From positions 1 to 57,130 of the forward strand of contig CAMGGL010000001.1 of assembly GCA_946055575.1 (NCBI GenBank): a stretch of DNA of 57,130 bases, written 5' to 3'. This DNA is from an uncultured Candidatus Melainabacteria bacterium (lineage in GTDB: Bacteria; Cyanobacteriota; Vampirovibrionia; Gastranaerophilales; Gastranaerophilaceae). This document shows positions 49,078-57,130 of this stretch, one piece after another. The notes beneath the pieces were generated by a model that was given only the letters and a program-made list of their open reading frames with translations, did no database searches and was not told the DNA's origin. Each line of letters opens with the position of its first letter. The first letter of the stretch is position 1. The position numbers and the translations under genes are program-made.

Positions 49078-50757
49078 ATGGATATTAACAATATTTTAGA
49101 AAATAAACCTTTATTATATGGACTAATCGGCGGAGCAGTTCTGATAATTGCAGTTGTAATAATTTCAGTTGCAATAACAGCCAACGGGAACAAAAACGAA
49201 AACAACACAGTTGGCGCAGAACCATTAAAAACCAATGTTGACCTTTTGACAACGGACAATCTCGGTAAAGCTTTGGAAATTCAAGCGTTACTCGCAAAAC
49301 AAGGGATTACCGCAGAACGTTCTCTTGACGGTACAAAGTCAAAATTGTATTTAAACGCAAAAAATTGTTCAACATTAACAAAAAAATGTACAATAACTGA
49401 CCGCGACAACGCATTGATTGCCATTGTTCAAAGCGGTTTAGTTGACCAAAACGTAGGTTTGGAAATCTTTGATAAAGGTGATTTTACCTCTACTAAAGAG
49501 GATAAAAGAATTCGTCTTGCAAGAGCTATGAATGGAGAATTGGCAAGACTAATTAAGCAAATCAAACCAATTCAAAATGCTACCGTATTTATTTCAATAC
49601 CTGAAAATAACGGATATTTTGAAAATCCAAAACCAAAAACTGCGACAGTACAAATTGTAATGCCTTCCGGCAAGGATTATGAAAAACTTGATCAGATTAA
49701 AGTAAAAGCAATTATAAATCTTTTAGTCGGCAGCGTTTCAGGTTTGAAAGCCGAAAACATCTCAATTACAGATACTAACGGAAACGTCTACAGAAGTGTT
49801 ATGGATGCGGAAGACGAAATGTTACAACGTCTTGAAGAAAATGACAAATACATGCAGCAAAAGATTTCCAAACAACTCGACAGACTTTTTGGTCCAGGTA
49901 ATTACGTTGTAACGGTAAGTACATTTTTAAGACAAACACCTGTAGAGAAATTTACAATCGAATACGATCCGACTAAAAAAGCATCAGTATCCGAACAATC
50001 TTTCCGAGAAGGATTGGGCGACCAAACCAAAGACCAATCTCAAGGAATAAATGCAGTAAGTACATATCTTCCAAACGGCTTACCTACAGGCGGGACAGAT
50101 TCAAGCCAAAACAGGAATTATTCAAGAAGTGCAACAGAAACTCAATACGGGGTTACAAAAACCCAAACCAACGAATATATAAAACCGGGAGTGATTGAGG
50201 ATATTTCTATTGCCGTAACCGTTGACAGAAACAACTGGCCGGCAGAAACAACTCAAGAAGAATTAAAAGAATTGATTGCAAGAGCAGCAAGTCCAAAAGT
50301 AACTGCTGAAGATGTATCTATTGCATATTCAAATTCAAATGACCCGTATTTGACACCTGACAAACAACAAAATCTTCCAAAACCGGATGAATCAGGAAAT
50401 CCTTGGTGGCTGGCACTTTTGCTTTGCGGTTTAGGATTAATTATCATATTCAAAGCGATTTCATCAAAAGTAAGAAAAATAAAAGAAGAAAATCAAATTG
50501 AAGTCGAACAACTACGACAGAAAGCTTTGGAACAAGAACGACAATTAAGCGACATCAATTCTCGCGCAAGCCAACTTACACAACGCCAATCCGAACTTGC
50601 ACAAGATTTAATAAATCAACAGCAAAGAGTTGCTATCCCGCAATTTGACGAAAGTCTGCTTGTAGATTCGCTTGAAAGTATTTCAAGTGAAATTACAGAA
50701 GATTCTGCAGATAAAATCAAGAGTTGGATTGAAGAAGGTTCTCAACAGGAAGGTTAG
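49078..50757 (+). CDS. fliF: Flagellar M-ring protein FliF
   Basis: N-terminal TM, YscJ/FliF-like periplasmic domains, a second TM (WWLALLLCGLGLIIIF) and a cytoplasmic tail. Size and position fit FliF. Confidence 0.9.
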   Translation: MDINNILENKPLLYGLIGGAVLIIAVVIISVAITANGNKNENNTVGAEPLKTNVDLLTTDNLGKALEIQALLAKQGITAERSLDGTKSKLYLNAKNCSTLTKKCTITDRDNALIAIVQSGLVDQNVGLEIFDKGDFTSTKEDKRIRLARAMNGELARLIKQIKPIQNATVFISIPENNGYFENPKPKTATVQIVMPSGKDYEKLDQIKVKAIINLLVGSVSGLKAENISITDTNGNVYRSVMDAEDEMLQRLEENDKYMQQKISKQLDRLFGPGNYVVTVSTFLRQTPVEKFTIEYDPTKKASVSEQSFREGLGDQTKDQSQGINAVSTYLPNGLPTGGTDSSQNRNYSRSATETQYGVTKTQTNEYIKPGVIEDISIAVTVDRNNWPAETTQEELKELIARAASPKVTAEDVSIAYSNSNDPYLTPDKQQNLPKPDESGNPWWLALLLCGLGLIIIFKAISSKVRKIKEENQIEVEQLRQKALEQERQLSDINSRASQLTQRQSELAQDLINQQQRVAIPQFDESLLVDSLESISSEITEDSADKIKSWIEEGSQQEG

Positions 50758-50763
50758 AAATAA

Positions 50764-51753
50764 ATGGCTACGAAAAATTTTGATTACGAAACCTTTGCTC
50801 AAAACCTTGCGGCACAAGCACAAGAACTTGTTCCGCAGGATTTCAACGATAATCAAAAACTATACGTCATAAATACTCTTGGCAACTTCGCAATGCTGTC
50901 AGGAAAGGCAATTGCGGAAGATCCTGCATTAAATTTCAACGAAGAACAAGCCGTAACAATTACACAAATTATTGCAGAGTGGTCTTTTCATAAATCTGTG
51001 GACTTAATACGTTCAGGAATTCCACAACAATTTTGGGATCCTGTAATGCAAAAAATTGCGTATACAATTTTTGAAATTGCAAAACAAACATTCTCTCAAG
51101 GATTGCCTCACGAACAAATACTGGAGCTTATAGAACATCACGTAAAAAAAAGTTATACGGAAGCTCTGACAGAATTAAAAAATAAAGGTGCGATAGATGA
51201 AGGTTTGATGGAATTTGCCGCTTCTCAATCCAATATGGATAAAATGGCAAAAGAAATGCAACAAAATCAAGGTGCAAACGTAGTTCCAGGCGGACAAATG
51301 CCGCCTGTTGATAATAATTCACCAATGGAATTTCCGAAAGTTGATTCTAAAGTATTGAAACTTGCAACGGTTGCAATGTTGTTTAACAAAATGAATCAAG
51401 ACAGGGTTCAAACAATACTCAACAAATTTGACCCTGAAGATGCTCAAGCAGTAATTAAATATATGCGTGTACCTGATTTAGCACAAAGGGTGGGAACTGC
51501 AAATGCTCTCAGATGTTTGCAGGAAATAAAAACAAATCTTCCGAAAAATACCGAAATGACACCGAACAAAGTTGTATTAAAACTTAAAAAATTTGCATCA
51601 AAATATTCAAGTAAAGAATTAGATACAATGCTTATCAGAGAACGAATTGGGGTAAAACGTCTTGTATTTAACGCGATTGAAGGTAAATATTATGATAAAA
51701 TACCGCCAAAAGTTGCAAGTATTGTTGCCACACACCTATATGATAGTGTATAA
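50764..51753 (+). CDS. Protein in the fliG position; only a FliG-N/MgtE-N-like helical segment recognisable (divergent FliG?)
   Basis: Sits between fliF and fliH and has a FliG-like length (329 aa). KLATVAMLFNKMNQDRVQTILNKFDPEDAQAVIKYM resembles the FliG N-domain (KAAVLLVALG...VMKHLDEEEV) but lies in the C-terminal third. I cannot see the FliG C-domain torque-helix motifs. Confidence 0.45.
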   Translation: MATKNFDYETFAQNLAAQAQELVPQDFNDNQKLYVINTLGNFAMLSGKAIAEDPALNFNEEQAVTITQIIAEWSFHKSVDLIRSGIPQQFWDPVMQKIAYTIFEIAKQTFSQGLPHEQILELIEHHVKKSYTEALTELKNKGAIDEGLMEFAASQSNMDKMAKEMQQNQGANVVPGGQMPPVDNNSPMEFPKVDSKVLKLATVAMLFNKMNQDRVQTILNKFDPEDAQAVIKYMRVPDLAQRVGTANALRCLQEIKTNLPKNTEMTPNKVVLKLKKFASKYSSKELDTMLIRERIGVKRLVFNAIEGKYYDKIPPKVASIVATHLYDSV

Positions 51754-51765
51754 TAATGTTGTATC

Positions 51766-52470
51766 ATGATAATCAAAAAGAAAAATAAAAAACTTGCTGA
51801 GGAGGGAGCTGCACAAGCTCAAGAACAAATAACAGATAAATTCGAATCCGAAAACGAAGAAAAGGATATCGATTTATTTGATTTGGACAATATTGATTTT
51901 AAACAACGGCAAGAAAGACGCAAAGGCGACAGGCGTAGAGGATTTCGCAGAATTGATGACAGAAATCTTATCTCAAGAGCCAGAGAAGAAGCCAATACAA
52001 TTAAAGAAGCCGCAGCAAAAGAAGGTTACGAACAAGGATTACAATCAGCCAAAGAAGATATTGAAAAAGTTCGAGAAGCAATTTCTGCATTTTTTGGAGC
52101 AAAACAAGCTATATATGAAGAAATTGCACCTGACATTTTAGATATCGGACTTGAAATAGCAAAAAAAATTATTAAAAAAGAAATGACAGAAGATCCGCAC
52201 ATTCTTCTTGAAAACATAAAAGACATAATGAAAGGGTTATCAAAAGAGGAAACAAAAATAACATTAAAGGTTAACCCGTCACAAGTTCCAATGTTAAAAC
52301 AAGACGTACCGGAAGTTTCTGCAAATCTTGGATTAGAGGCAAAAATTATAATAATCCCTGATGAAACAATTATGGAAGGCGGATGTATATTAACAACCAC
52401 AAACGGGGTAATTGATGCGACAATCGAATCCCAATTAGCAATAATAAGTGAGGTATTAAAAGAAATTTAA
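51766..52470 (+). CDS. fliH: Flagellar assembly protein FliH
   Basis: Charged N-terminus, then EEANTIKEAAAKEGYEQGLQSAKEDIEK (FliH/YscL-type helix) and a C-terminal globular part. Overlaps the flhA start (TAATG). Confidence 0.75.
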   Translation: MIIKKKNKKLAEEGAAQAQEQITDKFESENEEKDIDLFDLDNIDFKQRQERRKGDRRRGFRRIDDRNLISRAREEANTIKEAAAKEGYEQGLQSAKEDIEKVREAISAFFGAKQAIYEEIAPDILDIGLEIAKKIIKKEMTEDPHILLENIKDIMKGLSKEETKITLKVNPSQVPMLKQDVPEVSANLGLEAKIIIIPDETIMEGGCILTTTNGVIDATIESQLAIISEVLKEI

Positions 52471-54557
52471 TGGCAGCACCGGAAGGAAACGGAAATCAAA
52501 TAAGTGAATTTTTTATGGCAGTCTTTGTACTGTTTCTTTTGATTATCTTGTTGGTAGAACTGCCAAACTGGGTTATAAATATTTGTATTTGTTTGAATAT
52601 AACACTTGGTATTGTACTTTTAATGTTCGCATTATATATTCAAAAAACCCTTGAATTGTCATCATTCCCGTCAATTATACTTGTCGGTACAATGTTCAGA
52701 CTTGTATTGTCAATTGCTTCAACCCGTTTGATTTTGGCAAAAGGTGAGGCGGGAGAAGTAATCCACGCATTCGGAACATTCGTAACAGGCGGTAATATGA
52801 TTGTCGGCGGTGTAATTTTCTTAATTATTACCGTTGTACAATTTATGGTAATCACAAAAGGTGCGGAACGTATCGCAGAAGTTTCCGCCCGTTTTGCTTT
52901 GGACGCGATGCCCGGAAAACAAATGACCATTGATGCTGACTTTAATGCCGGCTTGATTTCACCTGAAGAAGCTACAAAAAAACGTGAAGACTTATCCAGA
53001 GAATCAAACTTAATGGGTTCAATGGATGGTGCTATGAAATTCGTAAAAGGGGATACTATTGCGGGTATTATCATCGTACTTATTAACATCATCGGCGGAT
53101 TATGCGTTGGTTGTTTGATGAACCAAATGCCGATTGGTGATGCGGTTTCTAAATATACAGTATTAACAATTGGTGACGGTTTGGCATCTCAAGTACCATC
53201 TTTACTAATGTCAATCGCAGCAGGTATTTTTATGACACGTGCGTCAGCAGCAAGCCCTTCACTTGGTGCTGATGTTACAGGACAAATTACAAGCAAACCT
53301 AACGCATTATTTTTCGCCTCAGGATTTTTGCTTTTACTTGGGGTGACAGGACATTGGACAGGGTTACCTTGGCTGCCGTTTATAATTTTTGCGATAGGAC
53401 TATTTGTTGCAGGATTTCAGGTACTTATCAATGCTGACGTTCAATCACAATTGGGTCAATTAGAAAATGTACGACAAAATATGCAAGACCTTGTAAACCC
53501 TAACAGAATGTACGAACGTTTGGGTGTTGATATATTAAGTTTGCAAGTCGGTTCTAACTTATTGGTAATTGCAGACCCTGATCAGGAAGGTCAATTACTG
53601 GCAAAAATTGCAGCATTAAGACAAAGAGTAACAGACGAACTGGGTTATATTTTACCCAATATACGTATTATGGATTCATCTGCGCTTGATGCGAATGAAT
53701 ATATGATTTCAATTCGCGGAAACACAGTTGCAACAGGTTATGTATATCCGGGTAAATTTATGGTAATTGCAGACCAATGGGATTCAATGAAAAAAGAAGT
53801 ACCTGAAGATGCAATTATCGGGATTGACCCGACATACCAAACTCAGGCATACTGGATTTCTCAAGAAGATGCAAAATCAGCAAGACTGGTTACTGCAGTT
53901 GATGCAACAGACGTTATCGTTACTCACCTTCAAGAATGTGTAAGAAAACACGTTGATGAAGTTATGACAAAAACTGACGTACTCAAACTTATGGAACTTG
54001 TACGTTCACAAGACCCTACGCTTGTCAATGACTTAGTTCCGACAATCATTTCTACAAGTGATTTGAGAAAAATATTTGTTAACCTGATTAGAGAAAAAGT
54101 TTCAATAAAAGATATTATATTTGTATTTGAAAGATTATGCGACTATGCAAGATTTTCAAAAGAACCTGATATATTATCAGAACGACTAAGAGCTGCTCTC
54201 GGACGACAAATATGTTTATCCAATGTGCAAGATGATAAAGTTCTGTATGCATTGACCCTATCTCCTGATTGGGAAAAAACACTTGATGATTCTTGCCAAA
54301 GAACAGAATTGGGAACAATGTTCTTGCTAAATCCTGTACAAGTTCAGGAGTTAATTGAAACAACAGCGACGACATTACTAAGAGCTCATCAGACTTGCGG
54401 ACGACAACCGGTAGTATTATGTTCCCCAAGAATAAGATTGCCGTTATATCAATTATTGGAACGTCACATTCCGACAGTTGTTGTAATTTCATACTCTGAA
54501 CTTATCACAGACATCAAGGTTGAAGCCATTGATACAATCGGAGATTCCGGTTATTAA
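52470..54557 (+). CDS. flhA: Flagellar biosynthesis protein FlhA
   Basis: FPSIILVGTMFRLVLSIASTRLIL, GAERIAEVSARFALDAMPGKQMTIDAD and KFVKGD, plus a large cytoplasmic C-domain. Confidence 0.95.
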   Translation: MAAPEGNGNQISEFFMAVFVLFLLIILLVELPNWVINICICLNITLGIVLLMFALYIQKTLELSSFPSIILVGTMFRLVLSIASTRLILAKGEAGEVIHAFGTFVTGGNMIVGGVIFLIITVVQFMVITKGAERIAEVSARFALDAMPGKQMTIDADFNAGLISPEEATKKREDLSRESNLMGSMDGAMKFVKGDTIAGIIIVLINIIGGLCVGCLMNQMPIGDAVSKYTVLTIGDGLASQVPSLLMSIAAGIFMTRASAASPSLGADVTGQITSKPNALFFASGFLLLLGVTGHWTGLPWLPFIIFAIGLFVAGFQVLINADVQSQLGQLENVRQNMQDLVNPNRMYERLGVDILSLQVGSNLLVIADPDQEGQLLAKIAALRQRVTDELGYILPNIRIMDSSALDANEYMISIRGNTVATGYVYPGKFMVIADQWDSMKKEVPEDAIIGIDPTYQTQAYWISQEDAKSARLVTAVDATDVIVTHLQECVRKHVDEVMTKTDVLKLMELVRSQDPTLVNDLVPTIISTSDLRKIFVNLIREKVSIKDIIFVFERLCDYARFSKEPDILSERLRAALGRQICLSNVQDDKVLYALTLSPDWEKTLDDSCQRTELGTMFLLNPVQVQELIETTATTLLRAHQTCGRQPVVLCSPRIRLPLYQLLERHIPTVVVISYSELITDIKVEAIDTIGDSGY

Positions 54558-54634
54558 AATATTTAATTAACAAAATTTTACAAATAGGCAATTCTATATG
54601 TTCACTTGCATTATGATAAAAAAGGTTATACATA

Positions 54635-55267
54635 ATGCAAATAAATTCAAACAATTCATACCAGCCAAATTTTGGAGCTTTGCATATCGCAAATGCAGGC
54701 AGAATCAAGTTATACCAAATTGCAGATAATGCCGATAAAAAATTCTTGAAAACTCTGCAGGAGCGAATCGACACAAAAGAACTTATGCCTAATTTAGGAA
54801 AAGATGAATATAAGCGTTGGAATGAAATGATTGAATACGCAACTTACAACGCACAATTTCCTGAAAATACGACGTACTTGGCTGTCTGCGATAACAAACC
54901 TTGCGGGATATTAACATGGCGCTCTGACAAAAACGCTATCTTAGATTGCATTTGTACTTGGCCTGTTGAATACGGTAAAAAAGTAAAACTTGCAGGACAA
55001 ACGCTGTTTTATCAGTTATTTAAAGATTTCTTAGAATTAAAATGTAAGAAACTGGAGCTTGAAGCAATAACAAACGGGCCGTTTAATACAATAGAAAAAT
55101 ATGAAAAATTAGGATTAAAAAAGACTTCAAAGGTTTATCCAACAAAAACCGTTATGGAAACCAATTCAAATAAAATAAAAGAAACACTTTATAAACTTGA
55201 TGAAATAATAGAGTATGAAAAACTTGAACCTGAAAAGGTAAAATTATCAGATGAATTAGAAATTTAG
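54635..55267 (+). CDS. Hypothetical protein, possible GNAT-fold acetyltransferase
   Basis: Core CGILTWRSD...KVKLAGQTLFYQLFKDF...LELEAI....TIEKYEKLGLKK resembles GNAT beta4-alpha3 and the C-terminal Y.K.GF pattern. Weak evidence. Confidence 0.35.
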   Translation: MQINSNNSYQPNFGALHIANAGRIKLYQIADNADKKFLKTLQERIDTKELMPNLGKDEYKRWNEMIEYATYNAQFPENTTYLAVCDNKPCGILTWRSDKNAILDCICTWPVEYGKKVKLAGQTLFYQLFKDFLELKCKKLELEAITNGPFNTIEKYEKLGLKKTSKVYPTKTVMETNSNKIKETLYKLDEIIEYEKLEPEKVKLSDELEI

Positions 55268-55296
55268 AATAGAATGTGAAGTTCAAACGCAGGTAT

Positions 55297-55552
55297 CATC
55301 CTGAATTTACGGATTTTCGGTAGAGTTAGCGAGTAAAACGAGCGAAACTCGTAAGAGCTAAGAACACGATTTAGCGACTAAATCCGAAAAGATTTAAAAG
55401 CGAGATGAAGTGTTCTGCACGCCCGAATAATCCAAGACAATTTCAGGATCTTAAACCATAGCAAAGAACTCCAACAGCAAGACCCTGAAACTCGCCTCGC
55501 ATTAAACGGATATCGCTTACGCTCTCATCCTCTGCTCGGCTTGTTCAGGGTG
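55297..55552. repeat. GC-rich structured non-coding element: two domains, each closed by YCCTGAA/TTCAGGR inverted repeats
   Basis: ATCCTGAA at 55298-55305 pairs with TTCAGGAT at 55442-55449, with inner pairs ACGGATTT/AAATCCG and GATTTA-GCGAC-TAAATC. ACCCTGAA at 55482-55489 pairs with TTCAGGGT at 55544-55551. No credible ORF. Confidence 0.45.
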
Positions 55553-55593
55553 ACATGGTCGAGAGTATTTGATGACAAATATAATATTCATGA

Positions 55594-55626
55594 CAAAAAA
55601 ATACCGAAAATTTCGGTATTTTTTTA
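55594..55626 (-). terminator. Intrinsic terminator (bidirectional)
   Basis: ATACCGAAA-A-TTTCGGTAT hairpin flanked by A7 and T7. Confidence 0.7.
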
Positions 55627-55638
55627 TCAAAATCTATG

Positions 55639-56085
55639 CTAACATCCCAAAATATCATCCCAAGGATTTGCCAAAGGGTCTTTGAATAGGTTGTCAGTTC
55701 TTGGATAATAATCATCTATATCAGGTAATTTAAATGTGTTATCATCTAAATCAAGAGACGATGTTTTTGCTCTGAACCGTTCTAAATCAGTTCCGCGATA
55801 TCGCTCAATCAGTCTATCTGCGAACTTTTGAGCTTTTACAGGGTCTTTTTCCGCAATTTGTAAAATTTTGGCACCGACTTTTTCTCCAAGCTCAGGATTT
55901 ATATCCTTTAAGCTTTCTTGAATATTGTCAATAGAGTAAAGTAACCGTTTTTCAGCTCTTTCTTCAGCCATTCTTAACTTATAAAGTTCAGAACTCTGAG
56001 CTGACTTCGCAGCTAATTCTGCATCATGGATTGCAGAATGCACACCTACAATACGTTGTGCTTCTTGTGGCTTAATTGAGCTCAT
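55639..56085 (-). CDS. Hypothetical protein; the open frame continues upstream to about 56367
   Basis: The 148-aa ORF starts at the first ATG. The same frame is stop-free for a further 94 codons upstream and overlaps the end of the preceding ORF (see findings). Confidence 0.4.
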   Translation of the reverse strand: MSSIKPQEAQRIVGVHSAIHDAELAAKSAQSSELYKLRMAEERAEKRLLYSIDNIQESLKDINPELGEKVGAKILQIAEKDPVKAQKFADRLIERYRGTDLERFRAKTSSLDLDDNTFKLPDIDDYYPRTDNLFKDPLANPWDDILGC

Positions 56086-56348
56086 ACGTTCAAGAACTTC
56101 ATTGTGCGGATTTTCAATCGAATTAACGGTTTTAGCAGCTGAGGTACTTGCAACTTGTGCTTCTTTTACCGGTACAGGTTTATCACCAAATGGGCTAAAT
56201 GTTCTATTTACATATCTATGTTTCCCGTTTGAATAAGCTTGAATATATTCTGTCGGATTTTGAACTCCGGCTTTTGCCAGTTCTTCAATACCTTGAGATG
56301 TTCTAATAGTACTTCCTGCAACTCCGTTAGCCGTTTTTTGAACACCTG

Positions 56349-56711
56349 TTAATTGAACACAATCACCTCAGCATTAAATTTGAATGAAACATTTGTGATT
56401 TTCCCACCATTTGGCATCATTACACCACCAGGAAACAAACCGCTAACTCCGGTTCTTTGAATATTTGGAACATAAACAACATGACCACCGTTTCTTGTCG
56501 TAACAATTTTTATATTCCCTAATCCGGATTGCCTTAAATCGGCCAATACGGAATTGAAAGTTTGTCCTGATAAATCTGAAGCCTGCAAAGTAGTACGAGA
56601 ATGTAAGATTTTTCCCACAAGCTCGTCACCTCCATTTTGAATAGTACTTTTAACAACCTTTCCAAAACTACCGGCAGGCATTTTCCCCAAACAACTCATA
56701 AAAAAACTCAT
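56349..56711 (-). CDS. Hypothetical protein (120 aa), possibly the N-terminal part of a frameshifted gene
   Basis: ORF with GAAAGGAAG RBS. No recognised motif. Confidence 0.4.
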   Translation of the reverse strand: MSFFMSCLGKMPAGSFGKVVKSTIQNGGDELVGKILHSRTTLQASDLSGQTFNSVLADLRQSGLGNIKIVTTRNGGHVVYVPNIQRTGVSGLFPGGVMMPNGGKITNVSFKFNAEVIVFN

Positions 56712-56795
56712 AAATACTAACTTCCTTTCTTTCTATTTTTATTTACCCCTATGTCTTAATAAAAACAAAATCCGAGAAATTAATGCTTTACACCT

Positions 56796-56822
56796 ATCAT
56801 ATCATATCATATCATATCATAT
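56796..56822. repeat. Pentanucleotide microsatellite (ATCAT)x5 plus a partial unit
   Basis: cacctATCATATCATATCATATCATATCATATaggg read directly. It lies ~85 nt upstream of the ATG at 56711 on the minus strand. Confidence 0.9.
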
Positions 56823-56971
56823 AGGGCATTATAACTGGATTTGAGGCGCTTTAAATTCAAGTTTACATTTTGTTACATTATGCTAAATAATGAATTTAGA
56901 AACATCCGCAACCTAACAAAACAAGTTCAGCATGACAATATAAGGAAAACAAAGGGTTAAACGCGTATGTC

Positions 56972-56992
56972 ATCCTGAACTTGTTTCAGGAT
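56972..56992. repeat. Compact ATCCTGAA-CTTGT-TTCAGGAT hairpin, same motif family as 55297-55552
   Basis: Perfect 8-bp inverted repeat with a 5-nt loop. A related half-site AACAAGTTCAGCATGAC lies at 56919-56935. Confidence 0.6.
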
Positions 56993-57130
56993 CTTACCAA
57001 TTGGCAAGGTTACTGTGGTTTAGCAAACTTATTGTCGCATTGGTAAATGCGACCTACATAACTGTCTTTATTTCCTTTTTTCTAAATTAGGTGCTGGCAG
57101 CGCGGAGCGAGCAGAGGCTGTAAGGCGGGG

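Noticed and set aside
55297-55552. Known structured RNA (tmRNA, RNase P RNA, SRP RNA, 6S)
   Set aside because: I could not find GAGGAAAGTCC-type RNase P motifs, a tRNA-like acceptor/T-arm with a tag ORF ending in a hydrophobic ..AA for tmRNA, or the SRP GGAA/AGCA domain-IV motifs. It is kept as an unclassified repeat or ncRNA candidate.
56349-56367. Programmed ribosomal frameshift joining the two minus-strand ORFs
   Set aside because: There is no slippery heptamer or obvious downstream stimulatory structure in the 19-nt overlap. An indel, pseudogene or sequencing error is the simpler explanation. It is reported as an open question only.
57089-57130. 5-prime end of RNase P RNA (GC-rich ...GGCGGGG at the window edge, which could precede GAGGAAAGTCC)
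   Set aside because: The diagnostic motif would lie beyond the window, and the visible 40 nt is not specific. Part of it (GAGCAGAGG) also resembles the other repeat island. It is not called as a feature.

Overview
AT-rich, densely coding bacterial chromosomal window with about 50 genes, short intergenic gaps and many hairpin plus T-run terminators. Most genes are housekeeping: gyrA, gyrB, uvrC, glyA, tpiA, adk, lgt, nagZ, ruvX, comFC, fixCX and tRNA-Pro. Motility and surface modules are interleaved with them. These are a flagellar basal-body/export block (fliE-fliF-[atypical fliG-slot gene]-fliH-flhA), an isolated fliI about 45 kb away, and five paralogous Cys-rich prepilin-type genes, four of them in tandem. 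Several things are not explained by ordinary annotation. (1) tRNA-Pro(CGG) is followed by a 155-bp tandem repeat that reiterates the last 12 nt of the tRNA plus its terminator, and is preceded by a decayed copy of the tRNA 5-prime half. (2) GC-rich, hairpin-rich non-coding islands at 55.3-55.55 kb and 56.9-57.13 kb carry YCCTGAA/TTCAGGR inverted motifs and share an AGCGTAAGCG decamer with the tRNA-linked repeat. (3) A two-gene module encodes a polytopic membrane protein and a TM/coiled-coil protein with a GHKL (sacsin/Hsp90-like) signature and a C-terminal HExxH. (4) A BlaI-family repressor operon has no BlaR1 sensor but encodes a secreted serpin-like protein. (5) An operon encodes a stand-alone ClpX zinc-ribbon protein and a triple Clp-N-domain protein with no AAA+ module. 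(6) A pentanucleotide microsatellite lies upstream of a gene pair that reads like one frameshifted gene. I saw no CRISPR array, integrase, transposase or rRNA. Function calls rest on motifs I recognise in the supplied translations; no searches were run. The lineage cannot be established from this window. An uncultured AT-rich diderm (Melainabacteria-like, for example) is only a guess.
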